The notes under the pieces: generated by a model | What the model was told of the DNA's origin: nothing | The model's database searches: none | What the model saw: only the letters and a program-made list of their open reading frames with translations | In this document: positions 32,451 through 41,074 of the stretch, one piece after another | How positions within the stretch are numbered: the first letter of the stretch is position 1 | Layout of the letters: each line of letters begins with the position of its first letter | IMG/VR virus record: IMGVR_UViG_3300025782_000006 | Strand: one strand, 5' to 3' | DNA length: 64,000 nucleotides | Origin: an uncultured virus (IMG/VR IMGVR_UViG_3300025782_000006) | Taxonomy: Duplodnaviria; Heunggongvirae; Uroviricota; Caudoviricetes | Program-made: the position numbers and the translations under genes

Positions 32451-33250
32451 AACCTAGTATTTTAATCACCGGCGGTTATGGTTTTATGGGTTCGCACCTA
32501 CGCGAATACTATAAGGAAAACTATACTGTGTATGCTCCTCGTCACAGTGAACTAGAACTAACAGATTTAGCCGCAGTAACTAAGTTCTTTGACGACTATA
32601 AGATTGATGTTGTTATACATACTGCACTAGCAGGACGTGACAATATCTATGGGGTGAACAATGTACAAGAACAGCAAAATATTGCTATGTTTATGAACAT
32701 ATGGCGCAACCGTCATAAGTTTACTAAATTCATTAATGCAGGAACAGGCAACGAATTTGATACCACAACCAATATTGATCGAGCACCCGAAGAAATGCTG
32801 TTTGATCGAATGCCAGTAGCTAGTTATGCGTTTGCTAAAAATATTGTAGCCCGTACTTGTAAGACTACAGAAAACTTTTACAACTTAAGATTTTTTGGAG
32901 TGTTTCATCATAGTGAAAAACCTGTTAGGTTCTTTCGCAGAGCTTACAATGCTGTAAACCCAATACATATCTTCCACGATCACTATTTTGATTATGTGAA
33001 CTTAGAAGATGTACCCGTTATCATTGATACAGTTATCAATAATAAAATGCCCTACGATGATATTAATGTAGCTTATGACTCTAAGTATAAGCAAAGTGAA
33101 TTGGCCCGGAACTTCTTGGCCTTGCATGGGAAAGATACAGAAGTAATCGTAGATGCCCAGGGTGAAAACAATTTCACCGGGGACACTACACGACTACAAA
33201 GTTTGAATTTAAAACTAAAGGGATTAGAAGAAGGTTGGAAACTTTACTGA
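32447..33250 (+). CDS. NAD-dependent sugar epimerase/reductase
   Basis: ITGGYGFMG, YAFAK. Confidence 0.85.
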   Translation: MKPSILITGGYGFMGSHLREYYKENYTVYAPRHSELELTDLAAVTKFFDDYKIDVVIHTALAGRDNIYGVNNVQEQQNIAMFMNIWRNRHKFTKFINAGTGNEFDTTTNIDRAPEEMLFDRMPVASYAFAKNIVARTCKTTENFYNLRFFGVFHHSEKPVRFFRRAYNAVNPIHIFHDHYFDYVNLEDVPVIIDTVINNKMPYDDINVAYDSKYKQSELARNFLALHGKDTEVIVDAQGENNFTGDTTRLQSLNLKLKGLEEGWKLY

Positions 33251-33415
33251 TTACTCAGCGGTTTCTTCTTTGCTTACTCGCTCACCGAGATATTGTTTAA
33301 CAACACGAACTAGTTTACGTTCAGTATCGTAGACATATTCTTTAGCTTCCATTTCAGTATTAACTACCAAAATAAAACCATTTGCCGCACGACGGATTTC
33401 TAATGATTCAAACAT
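33251..33415 (-). CDS. Small hypothetical protein (54 aa)
   Basis: Manual translation MFESLEIRRAANGFILVV...EETAE; GGAG RBS. Confidence 0.65.
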   Translation of the reverse strand: MFESLEIRRAANGFILVVNTEMEAKEYVYDTERKLVRVVKQYLGERVSKEETAE

Positions 33416-33473
33416 TTACGACTCCAATTAGGGGTTTAACTAGTAGCTAGTATACACTAATCACAGATTAAAG

Positions 33474-33908
33474 TCAATCAAGTTTGATGACTTCGACTCC
33501 GGATCGGGTAAGGAAATCCACTCCCTCACTGCTCCGATAGCTATTTCGATAGATAACACTACCAATGCCAGACTGGTATACCAATTTGGCGCAATCAAGG
33601 CAAGGACTATGGGTAATAAACATAGTGGCACCGAGACCCGAATCACTGCTTTTCGCCAGCTTTGCAATGGCGTTAGTTTCTGCGTGGAGCACTTCTGGTT
33701 TTGTTTTGAGTTCATGATGTCCGTCTTCTCTCAGTTCTACTATTTCTTCACAATCGTTTTCCCAACCTGCAGGCATACCATTGTATCCAATTGAGATAAT
33801 GCGATCATCTTTGACAATGATAGCACCCACATGCAGTCTACGTGCATGACTAAGTTCCGCAAATATTTCTGCGGTTTTCATGTATGCTTGAACTAGCTTT
33901 GGCTTCAC
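33474..33908 (-). CDS. dCMP deaminase
   Basis: IGYNG, HAETNAI, SPCLDCAK. Confidence 0.92.
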   Translation of the reverse strand: MKPKLVQAYMKTAEIFAELSHARRLHVGAIIVKDDRIISIGYNGMPAGWENDCEEIVELREDGHHELKTKPEVLHAETNAIAKLAKSSDSGLGATMFITHSPCLDCAKLVYQSGIGSVIYRNSYRSSEGVDFLTRSGVEVIKLD

Positions 33909-34081
33909 CGACCACGTCCTGCTGATTTTTTTGCTGGTTTGTTTGTGCTGACTTGACCACCGTGTTTGGCGGCTTGCACTTGTGCCGTAGTTTTAGTAGG
34001 CACTTTGGGATTGGCCGCTACTGCTTTTGCAGCATTGGCCATATTGATAAATGGGTTTGGGGATTTTTTTTGTTCAGTCAT
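33905..34081 (-). CDS. Small basic hypothetical protein (58 aa)
   Basis: Manual translation MTEQKKSPNPFINMANAAK...KKSAGRGR; overlaps both neighbours' start/stop. Confidence 0.55.
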   Translation of the reverse strand: MTEQKKSPNPFINMANAAKAVAANPKVPTKTTAQVQAAKHGGQVSTNKPAKKSAGRGR

Positions 34082-34623
34082 TATTCGCTTAATATATTTC
34101 CAAAATCGTATTGTATTCTAAGTCCGAGGTATTCTTGTATGCCACTACCATTGGTATTTTTCCAGGTATTGAGTAAACCGCAGGCACTCCATTTAGCAGT
34201 TTCATCACCAATCTTACGGCAGGCTTCGCCGTACCAAAAATCTTTCATTTGGCTAAATGCTACACCTCTATCATTTACGTTATAATAATGGTTGGCTAAA
34301 GTCCACCCTACGTGAGTTGCCCAAAGATCGTTGTGCCAGAATTTCCAATCTAATACTGCGGCTTCAGACCAAAGTTCGGGAGTAGTATATTTTCCATTTA
34401 TCCAGGTGTTTTGATCTCGGTAACTATTTCTATAAACTCGAGCACCAACAGAAACGTTGTCGATAAATTCATAGTTTAATGCAAGACCTGGATTAAAGTC
34501 ATTTGCTTTATAATTGTTTTCTAGGTGCACACCCGCAACACCAATTTCTGCCCAAACATCACCTTGCTCTGCATAAGCTATCGGCGATGCAAGTAAAGCC
34601 AATACCAAAATAATTTTTTTCAC
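34081..34623 (-). CDS. Secreted outer-membrane beta-barrel-like protein
   Basis: Signal peptide (V/M)KKIILVLALLASPIAYA; alternating strands; near-terminal LRIQYDF. Confidence 0.55.
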   Translation of the reverse strand: MKKIILVLALLASPIAYAEQGDVWAEIGVAGVHLENNYKANDFNPGLALNYEFIDNVSVGARVYRNSYRDQNTWINGKYTTPELWSEAAVLDWKFWHNDLWATHVGWTLANHYYNVNDRGVAFSQMKDFWYGEACRKIGDETAKWSACGLLNTWKNTNGSGIQEYLGLRIQYDFGNILSE

Positions 34624-34690
34624 GGTTTTACCCAAAAAGTTGTTAGAGTAGTTATTGTATAATATCGACAGTTATTTGTCAAGAAATTTG

Positions 34691-34766
34691 TGGTGCCCTC
34701 TGTCGGATTCGAACTGACCACCTACTGATTACAAATCAGTTGCTCTACCTAATGAGCTAAGAGGGC
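34691..34766 (-). tRNA. tRNA-Thr(TGT)
   Basis: Cloverleaf; ACTGA-TTTGTAA-TCAGT; CCA end. Confidence 0.92.
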
Positions 34767-34791
34767 ATAATACTATATTTAATACTAATAA

Positions 34792-35032
34792 GTTTGAGCA
34801 GACTAAAATCTGCTTTTCGACAGTGGACCACAATGCTAACGGGTTGCGATCCCGCAATAATAGCTCGCCTTCCCAGGCTCTTTCATGGTATCTAGCAACG
34901 CTTTCACAGTTTTAAAATTTCTTATACCCTCGGAAGTATCCGATATTGCCTTGCCAGGCCACGGGGCTGGTACTACGACTGTTACTCACACTCCCACATG
35001 TATCAGATGGTCGCCACACCGTCTGCTCAAAC
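34792..35032 (-). ncRNA. Candidate ~240-nt structured RNA
   Basis: Perfect 12-bp terminal inverted repeat GTTTGAGCAGAC/GTCTGCTCAAAC enclosing several GC-rich hairpins; lies between tRNAs; strand inferred from context. Confidence 0.5.
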
Positions 35033-35042
35033 TTATTAATTC

Positions 35043-35129
35043 TGGCGGAGAGTATAGGAGTCGAACCTATCCACCCATTGCTGGATGACGCCTTAGCAGG
35101 GCGTTGCCTTACCGCTCGGCCAACTCTCC
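35043..35129 (-). tRNA. tRNA-Ser(GCT)
   Basis: ACGCC-CTGCTAA-GGCGT; long variable arm; CCA. Confidence 0.92.
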
Positions 35130-35137
35130 CAAAACTT

Positions 35138-35335
35138 TTATTCAGCGGCTTCTGCTGTTTCTACTACAGGTGCTACATAACCTAAATCACGAATTCTACG
35201 TTCAATTTTGGCTTTGACCTTTTTCTTACTGGTTGTAGCCAGTAACTCAGTTAATTGTTTACCACTTAAACTAACAATCTTTACTCGGCCATCTTTTGTA
35301 TAACCAGGTTTTTTACGTTGTAAATTTTTTGACAT
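35138..35335 (-). CDS. Small basic hypothetical protein
   Basis: 65 aa; AGGA RBS. Confidence 0.6.
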   Translation of the reverse strand: MSKNLQRKKPGYTKDGRVKIVSLSGKQLTELLATTSKKKVKAKIERRIRDLGYVAPVVETAEAAE

Positions 35336-35343
35336 TCCTGTTC

Positions 35344-36423
35344 CTAATTTAAAAAATATCTCGTTAATATGTCTTGCGTAACACTAAAACTTTCATTGAT
35401 TATAACATCTTTGTCTATGTCTTGCAAGATATCTATCAAATGTTTGTAAGCTGAATTAGCCACTTTTTGAAACTGCTGTCGATTGTGTTCGCTGGGCTTT
35501 GGTTTACCACAGGTCTTTAAACTCTCCACTAGTCGATCTGCACGTTCTAGAGGATACTCTATAAGATCGTAAGACTCATCTATCACTTGACCAAATGTTT
35601 CAAATCCTAAACCTTGTAGTTTACGTAGACTATGCTGACCGCCGTATACCACAAATGGGTGTCCTAACATCAAACTCTTATAAGTCTTTTCTGTAGGGAA
35701 CCATTCATTCTGTGTTGTTTCGCTTACAATGCTTATCTCAGTATTGTAGTAGTGACTGGGATAGTAAGCATAGAAACGGAAATCTGGGTGTACAAAGGGA
35801 TCTGGCCAATCATCATCAGGACCAAATCCATCTGCACTTTTACCTGACCTATGACTCCATATGCTAGAGTCTAGTAATCCAGCCGCTTTAAATAAATCAA
35901 AAAAACGTTCTCTATTGTTACGGAACTCTCCGTTGAAGAATAGAAACTTATGTGTTTTTGTTACTGTATCAATACGTTTACACGTATATTCTAAACGAGC
36001 ACGATTAAACTCGTTGTTGATGATCCACGCAAAGAACTCCGGCATGTTATAGTTCTTTACGTAACCATCTATATCCCAATCGCCGCACTTGATTAAATGA
36101 CCGTTAATGTTCTTTGCCTGTAATGCTTCAGCAGTAGGACAAAAACTTGCCGATAGTGTTGCGTAGCTTTCGCTAGGGTAATAAAATATAATATCATTGT
36201 TTCGTCCCGCGGCTTTCTCAAGGATACTGGAGGCAATAGCATTTCCAGGATCACCACAGGGGGTTTCCATAAGGAAACAGTCTGTAATAATGGTTCCACC
36301 ATCAGGTACTGCATCTACGTTGCATTCAACGTAGTCCACCCCGTACAGGTCTAGCGTAGCACGTAATAGATCAGCTTGCTTTTCTGCTGGACGTTTAAGT
36401 GGGTGTAAGATTAAGTATAACAT
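35344..36423 (-). CDS. Hypothetical protein, 'TEKT' family (possible GT-B glycosyltransferase)
   Basis: IVSET...FPTEKTYK...HPFVVYG...GFETF...DESYD; start moved to ATG 36423 because the upstream extension lies in a tRNA. Confidence 0.6.
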   Translation of the reverse strand: MLYLILHPLKRPAEKQADLLRATLDLYGVDYVECNVDAVPDGGTIITDCFLMETPCGDPGNAIASSILEKAAGRNNDIIFYYPSESYATLSASFCPTAEALQAKNINGHLIKCGDWDIDGYVKNYNMPEFFAWIINNEFNRARLEYTCKRIDTVTKTHKFLFFNGEFRNNRERFFDLFKAAGLLDSSIWSHRSGKSADGFGPDDDWPDPFVHPDFRFYAYYPSHYYNTEISIVSETTQNEWFPTEKTYKSLMLGHPFVVYGGQHSLRKLQGLGFETFGQVIDESYDLIEYPLERADRLVESLKTCGKPKPSEHNRQQFQKVANSAYKHLIDILQDIDKDVIINESFSVTQDILTRYFLN

Positions 36424-36426
36424 GTT

Positions 36427-36500
36427 TGGTTGCGGGTTCTGGAATCGCACCAGAGACTAGGGCTTATGAGACCCTCGAGATACTCCTTCTCCAACCCGCG
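36427..36500 (-). tRNA. tRNA-Met(CAT), initiator-like
   Basis: C1:A72 mismatch; AGGGT-CTCATAA-GCCCT; atypical T-loop TGCGATT. Confidence 0.8.
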
Positions 36501-36508
36501 ATAGTTTT

Positions 36509-36727
36509 TTATTTTACTTTTGCTAGATAATCTGTCATGTTCAGATTACCCGACTGTGCTTCTAATAATGCATCTACTGCGGTTACAAATCCATTGTTTT
36601 CTTTAGCACGTACTTTAAGTTCTCTTGTACGTTGTGCCGCGGCAATAACCAAATCAAAACGACCTTGCCCAGTTTTTTCAACGCACTTTTCAACATCTAC
36701 CTGTGATGCACGAGTTTCTTTTTTCAT
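36509..36727 (-). CDS. rpoZ: RNA polymerase omega subunit homologue
   Basis: VEKCVEKTGQGRFDLVIAAAQRTREL...DALLEAQSG resembles the omega pattern [20 protein letters not shown]...ALREIEEG. Confidence 0.75.
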   Translation of the reverse strand: MKKETRASQVDVEKCVEKTGQGRFDLVIAAAQRTRELKVRAKENNGFVTAVDALLEAQSGNLNMTDYLAKVK

Positions 36728-36750
36728 TGTAGCCTTATGGTTAAGTTATT

Positions 36751-36836
36751 TGGTGCGACTGGCCAGAATCGAACTGGCACTCCATTATAGAATCAGATTT
36801 TAAGTCTGACGTGTCTACCGATTTCACCACAGTCGC
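36751..36836 (-). tRNA. tRNA-Leu(TAA)
   Basis: TCAGA-CTTAAAA-TCTGA; long variable arm; CCA. Confidence 0.92.
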
Positions 36837-36861
36837 AGTAGTATACTATTATAGAGGTTTT

Positions 36862-37368
36862 TTAAGACTTTGTCAAATATTTTAAGATTCTATCTGGACC
36901 TAATGCAAAGTATTGCCGTTTTGGTTTGCAATAGTTCTTAAATGAAAAATTTTTATCTAACGGATTACTATATACCTTTACAATTTCATTGTTTTCAAAT
37001 AGTGCAACGTATTGCCAGAGTCGAGTTAACTCGTCAAGATCTCGATCAGTTCCAACGTAATTTTTTATTCGTAGTGTAAATTGACTGTCACTATCAACTA
37101 TTGGGATTAGGTCCGGTCCGTGGATATCAACATATGGAATTAGGAACGCAGTATTGCTTACCGCACAAACATGATCTACTCCCGAGTCTTTTAACTCCGA
37201 GTGTGCTGATTGATATCTTTTAATTTGATCCCAAGAATTGATGTTTGCTGGCAGTGGCAAACTAAAAACCACTGTGCGACAGCCCGTAAAAAGATCTGCA
37301 TAATCATTACAATTATGCAGTCCTTTAAGTTTTTTAGTATTTAGATTTTCTTGAAAATCAACAGCCAT
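36862..37368 (-). CDS. Degenerate peroxiredoxin/redoxin-fold protein
   Basis: DLFTGCRTVVFSLP, SGVDHVCAVS, DSDSQFT; the PGAFTPTC active-site motif is absent. Confidence 0.55.
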   Translation of the reverse strand: MAVDFQENLNTKKLKGLHNCNDYADLFTGCRTVVFSLPLPANINSWDQIKRYQSAHSELKDSGVDHVCAVSNTAFLIPYVDIHGPDLIPIVDSDSQFTLRIKNYVGTDRDLDELTRLWQYVALFENNEIVKVYSNPLDKNFSFKNYCKPKRQYFALGPDRILKYLTKS

Positions 37369-37372
37369 TGAA

Positions 37373-38377
37373 TTACGATTTAATAATACCGTCCAATAGT
37401 CCTGCTTGGAAGAACGTTTGATACTTATCGTATAATGGCTTAGTTAGTTCTTTATACTGTGCTGTTTCTTCTTCAGTTAATTCACGGTATGTAACACCGA
37501 TATCATCGTGATTATCTTTAGCAGCAAATTCTTCAGAATCATTAACTGACCATTGACGTTCAAGTTTGCTTGCGTATAAACTTGCTTCTGTAAATGCCTG
37601 TTGATCAACGGCGTCCAAAGACTCCCAGAAACTCTTGCTAATAATAATACTTGTTAAGAACAAATTATGTTTTGTATTAATAAGATGTTTTTTGTTTGTG
37701 CCTTGGAACTGTGCTAGATAACGTGGAATTGTTGTTTCTAATAAGTTGGCATTAAACCCTTCTTCAGCCACTTTCTTGGCCCAATCTCTAATAGAGAATG
37801 ATTCAGGTTTACTACCCAATGCTTGTACAGTATCTACTGTTACTGGATTAGTACCAATAGCATAAACTAATCCTTTCATGTCCTCTAAACTATTAATAGG
37901 AGTTTCAGAAGCCACACAGCGGAAACCACCAGAGTAAGTAAATGCCATGCCCTTAGCCGGACTATTTTCTTCTACTGAATCTAACAGGCCTTTACCAATT
38001 GGTCCTTCAAACACACGAGTTGCATGATCATGATCACGGAATAAGAATGGCATCTCAAGTACCCAAAAATCTGGATTACACCACATAGCTAATTCATTGA
38101 TATGAACTTGACTAATTTCAATGTTTCCTTGTTCCATTTCAACGATTGGGCCGTTGTCTCGGTAAAAGTTACCCATATTGCCTTTGTACTGTTCATGCTC
38201 TTTTGCCACTTGGTCAAAGTAATGTGTTGGGGTAAAAATTTCAATTTCGTATTTTCCATCAGTTAATTCAGCAATTTTAGCACTAAACGCTTCGGCTGTA
38301 CGCAGGAATAGTTTCACAGGCTCGTGTGCGATTAACCAACGGATTTTTCTTGTTTGACTCATTTGGGGATTCTCCAC
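37373..38377 (-). CDS. TRAP transporter DctP-like solute-binding protein
   Basis: LEMPFLFRDHDHA, YSGGFR, PINSLEDMKG, FWESLD; no signal peptide. Confidence 0.8.
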   Translation of the reverse strand: MENPQMSQTRKIRWLIAHEPVKLFLRTAEAFSAKIAELTDGKYEIEIFTPTHYFDQVAKEHEQYKGNMGNFYRDNGPIVEMEQGNIEISQVHINELAMWCNPDFWVLEMPFLFRDHDHATRVFEGPIGKGLLDSVEENSPAKGMAFTYSGGFRCVASETPINSLEDMKGLVYAIGTNPVTVDTVQALGSKPESFSIRDWAKKVAEEGFNANLLETTIPRYLAQFQGTNKKHLINTKHNLFLTSIIISKSFWESLDAVDQQAFTEASLYASKLERQWSVNDSEEFAAKDNHDDIGVTYRELTEEETAQYKELTKPLYDKYQTFFQAGLLDGIIKS

Positions 38378-38448
38378 TTTCGTAGTAAGATTATATAGTA
38401 TTATTTATGTCAATAAACAACTTTCAATCAAAACTCAACAATAAATAG

Positions 38449-39756
38449 TTGTATCTTAGTAGTAATCAATCAATGTCAAATAAAATAGAACATACTTCCG
38501 CTGGCGGAATCCGCTTTGAACCAAATAAAAAATTAGGTTATTACATTGTTAATAATGAAATTTATTACAATAAAAATCAGGCCATGCTAGCTGGATCTAA
38601 ATATCCAATTGATGTTGGCGGGTTAAACAATGATCCGGTACGTTGGATGTTCAATGAAGATACTTTTTTAAAGTTTCCCTGGCACATAGAACCTCAAGTT
38701 CCCCTCAACGAACTATACCGTATTCGTGCTCAACAGCTTAGAGACCAGTACGATTACATACGCTTAGAACTCAGTGGTGGAGCTGATAGCACGACCGTAG
38801 CCTATGCATTTTTATTAAATGGTATACACTTAGACGAAGTTGTGTTTCGTTATCCTAAGTCCGGTTCTAAGAATTTTTCAGGTGATCCGTGGGATACCGA
38901 AAGTCGAAATCATCTAAGCGAATGGGAATTTGCGGCCCGACCCTTGTTAGAATGGATTGCCACTAATTATCCTAAAGTTAAAATAACTGTACACGATTTT
39001 GTTGACGAGATTGTTAAAGAACAGGCCAACGACGAAAACTGGATTTATAAAACACGGCATTACATACATCCTGGTCATGTACACAAACACACTATAGATA
39101 AAACCTTAGCAGATACTGGTAAACGTATTGGTGTAGTCTACGGTATTGATAAGCCTAAGATCTGTGTCAAAGATGGTAAGTTTTTTATATACTTTGTAGA
39201 TACACAGGCCAGTAACAATCATCCCGAAGTGGGTGATTATACTAATATTACCAACGAATTTTTCTACTGGTCTCCTGATGCTTGCGAACTGTTGGCCAAA
39301 CAGGCACATGTGATTAAGACCTGGTTTAGTATGCCAGCACATCATAATATGAGTCATGTTTTGCAATGGCCCAATCAAGATTACAGCACGCGGACCTTTC
39401 GAGAACAAATACTTAAACCTATCATTTATCCTGATTACGATTTTAGTACATTCCAAACTGCTAAAAGTACTACATCACTCTACGCAGAAATGGATAGTTG
39501 GTTTTTTACTAATTTTCGAGATACCGATTTATATGCAACCTGGACAGCAGGCATAGATTATTTAGAAAAAAATCTCAATGAAAGATATTTTAAGTCTTTT
39601 CAAAATACAATTATGGATATTAAACAGTACCAATCGCCATTTTATTACATTGGTGATAGTACTATTAAAAATTCTAAACCGTTTCAGCCCACAAAACAAC
39701 AGATACAGCAATCTCGGCACATACATTATATACGTGGTCGTTTAGAAATATATTAA
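38449..39756 (+). CDS. PP-loop (adenine-nucleotide alpha hydrolase-like) protein
   Basis: LSGGADS motif; paralogue of 46419..47552. Confidence 0.6.
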   Translation: MYLSSNQSMSNKIEHTSAGGIRFEPNKKLGYYIVNNEIYYNKNQAMLAGSKYPIDVGGLNNDPVRWMFNEDTFLKFPWHIEPQVPLNELYRIRAQQLRDQYDYIRLELSGGADSTTVAYAFLLNGIHLDEVVFRYPKSGSKNFSGDPWDTESRNHLSEWEFAARPLLEWIATNYPKVKITVHDFVDEIVKEQANDENWIYKTRHYIHPGHVHKHTIDKTLADTGKRIGVVYGIDKPKICVKDGKFFIYFVDTQASNNHPEVGDYTNITNEFFYWSPDACELLAKQAHVIKTWFSMPAHHNMSHVLQWPNQDYSTRTFREQILKPIIYPDYDFSTFQTAKSTTSLYAEMDSWFFTNFRDTDLYATWTAGIDYLEKNLNERYFKSFQNTIMDIKQYQSPFYYIGDSTIKNSKPFQPTKQQIQQSRHIHYIRGRLEIY

Positions 39757-39758
39757 TT

Positions 39759-39848
39759 TGGCGGAAGCGGTGAGATTCGAACTCACGGACCTTTTACAGT
39801 CGACAGTTTTCAAGACTGTTGCAATCAACCGGGCTCTGCCACGCTTCC
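39759..39848 (-). tRNA. tRNA-Ser(TGA)
   Basis: ACAGT-CTTGAAA-ACTGT; long variable arm; CCA. Confidence 0.92.
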
Positions 39849-39854
39849 ATTGTT

Positions 39855-39936
39855 TGGTACCCCAGACGGGACTCGAACCCGCACAGTACTGTCTCTTGAA
39901 CAGTTGCGTCTACCTAGTATTTTGCGCCACTGGGGT
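39855..39936 (-). tRNA. Atypical tRNA, Leu-like (anticodon AAG or offset CAA)
   Basis: Acceptor ACCCCAG/CTGGGGT; T-arm; Leu-type GGTAGACGC; loop TCAAGAG; short variable loop. Confidence 0.65.
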
Positions 39937-39938
39937 GT

Positions 39939-40013
39939 TGGTGGTAATAGTTAGATTCGAACTAACGACCTGCGCCGTATGAAGGCGATGCACTACCGCT
40001 GTGCTATATTACC
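39939..40013 (-). tRNA. tRNA-Met(CAT)
   Basis: CGCC-TTCATAC-GGCG; CCA. Confidence 0.85.
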
Positions 40014-40027
40014 ATATTGAAACACAC

Positions 40028-40219
40028 TTAATAAATGTACTTTAATATGGTAGGACCGGTCAGACTTGAACTGACAACCTCGAAGTTAAAAGCCTCTTGC
40101 TCTGCCTTTGAGCTACGATCCCTCTGTTTCGTTAGCTTACGTAGAGCTTTATTGCTCTTGCGGTGCGAGCCCGCCTTCCGTTTACTAGCTAGTACAGCAT
40201 AAATGTTTCTTTGTTTCAT
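40028..40219 (-). CDS. Small basic protein whose frame reads through tRNA-Lys
   Basis: Strong RBS AAGGAG; MKQRNIYAVLASKRKAGSHRKSNKALR. Confidence 0.5.
   Translation of the reverse strand: MKQRNIYAVLASKRKAGSHRKSNKALRKLTKQRDRSSKAEQEAFNFEVVSSSLTGPTILKYIY
40048..40122 (-). tRNA. tRNA-Lys(TTT)
   Basis: Loop CTTTTAA; CCA. Confidence 0.88.
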
Positions 40220-40239
40220 TTTACTTCTCCTTTTTAAAT

Positions 40240-40314
40240 TGGTCCGGCGTAGAGGAATCGAACCTCTATTGAGAGATTAGAAGTCTCCAGTATTATCCAT
40301 TATACTAACGCCAG
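40240..40314 (-). tRNA. tRNA-Arg(TCT)
   Basis: GGAGA-CTTCTAA-TCTCT; CCA. Confidence 0.9.
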
Positions 40315-40315
40315 G

Positions 40316-40391
40316 TGGGGTAACTGATGGGATTCGAACCCACGACAACTGGAATCACAATCCAGGATTCTACCGCTGAACTACAGTTACC
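40316..40391 (-). tRNA. tRNA-His(GTG)
   Basis: CTGGA-TTGTGAT-TCCAG; G-1 and C73. Confidence 0.92.
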
Positions 40392-40397
40392 ATTGTT

Positions 40398-40473
40398 TGG
40401 TGCCTCCTCCTGGTTTCGCGCCAGGCTATCCAGCTCTTCAGACTGGCGCTTTCACTAGATTAGCTTAAGAGGC
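40398..40473 (-). tRNA. tRNA-Phe(GAA)
   Basis: CCAGT-CTGAAGA-GCTGG; atypical T-loop CGCGAAA. Confidence 0.85.
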
Positions 40474-40475
40474 AT

Positions 40476-40549
40476 TGGTAGAGGTACAAGGACTCGAACC
40501 TTGAATGACGGAATCAAAATCCGTAGTGTTGCCATTACACCATACCTCA
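40476..40549 (-). tRNA. tRNA-Gln(TTG)
   Basis: ACGGA-TTTTGAT-TCCGT; CCA. Confidence 0.9.
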
Positions 40550-40560
40550 ATTGTAGAATT

Positions 40561-40968
40561 TTAATTCCTCTGCCATTTAATTCTATTCCAGATTCTTTCA
40601 TGTACTATGTTTAAGCTAGTATTTACAACCAGCTGTATCGTAGCAAAACTTCCCGATGTAGTTAAGTTACCAGTAAAATAATAAGTAATTCCTGTGGCAG
40701 TGGCAAACATAATTATTCGCCATACTATAGTTTTAACTATTGTTCTTGCGTGACTTTCGTGTAAGTCACTAATACCCCAGTTGACTCTAAGCCATGCTCT
40801 TTCATGTAGGGCATATAAAATAGTATTAATAATCAATTGACTCAATGCTATCGAACCAGATATAACAAAATTTTTAGTCAGCAAGTATGCAGTTATAACA
40901 CCGACAAGTGTTGTATAAGTGCGCCAAGTTATTGTTTTGACTAACGTACGGGTTGGGTATTCAATCAT
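40561..40968 (-). CDS. Tandem DUF2061-like membrane protein
   Basis: Two copies of RT.VKTI.WR...HER.W....W. Confidence 0.8.
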   Translation of the reverse strand: MIEYPTRTLVKTITWRTYTTLVGVITAYLLTKNFVISGSIALSQLIINTILYALHERAWLRVNWGISDLHESHARTIVKTIVWRIIMFATATGITYYFTGNLTTSGSFATIQLVVNTSLNIVHERIWNRIKWQRN

Positions 40969-40992
40969 ACTGATTCTTTCTTTAAGTTATTA

Positions 40993-41069
40993 TGGTCGGA
41001 GTGGCAAGATTTGAACTCGCGACATCTGCGTCCCAAACGCAGCGGTCTACCGGGCTGACCTACACTCCG
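40993..41069 (-). tRNA. tRNA-Pro(TGG)
   Basis: CTGCG-TTTGGGA-CGCAG; CCA. Confidence 0.92.
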
Positions 41070-41074
41070 ATGTA

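Noticed and set aside
34792..35032. RNase P RNA
   Set aside because: Universal GAGGAAAGUCC/P4 signature not found on either strand
39758..39982. Plus-strand ORF MAEAVRFELTD... and similar ORFs at 45333-45699 and 34885-35185
   Set aside because: Shadow frames of tRNA genes or structured RNA; no RBS or protein features
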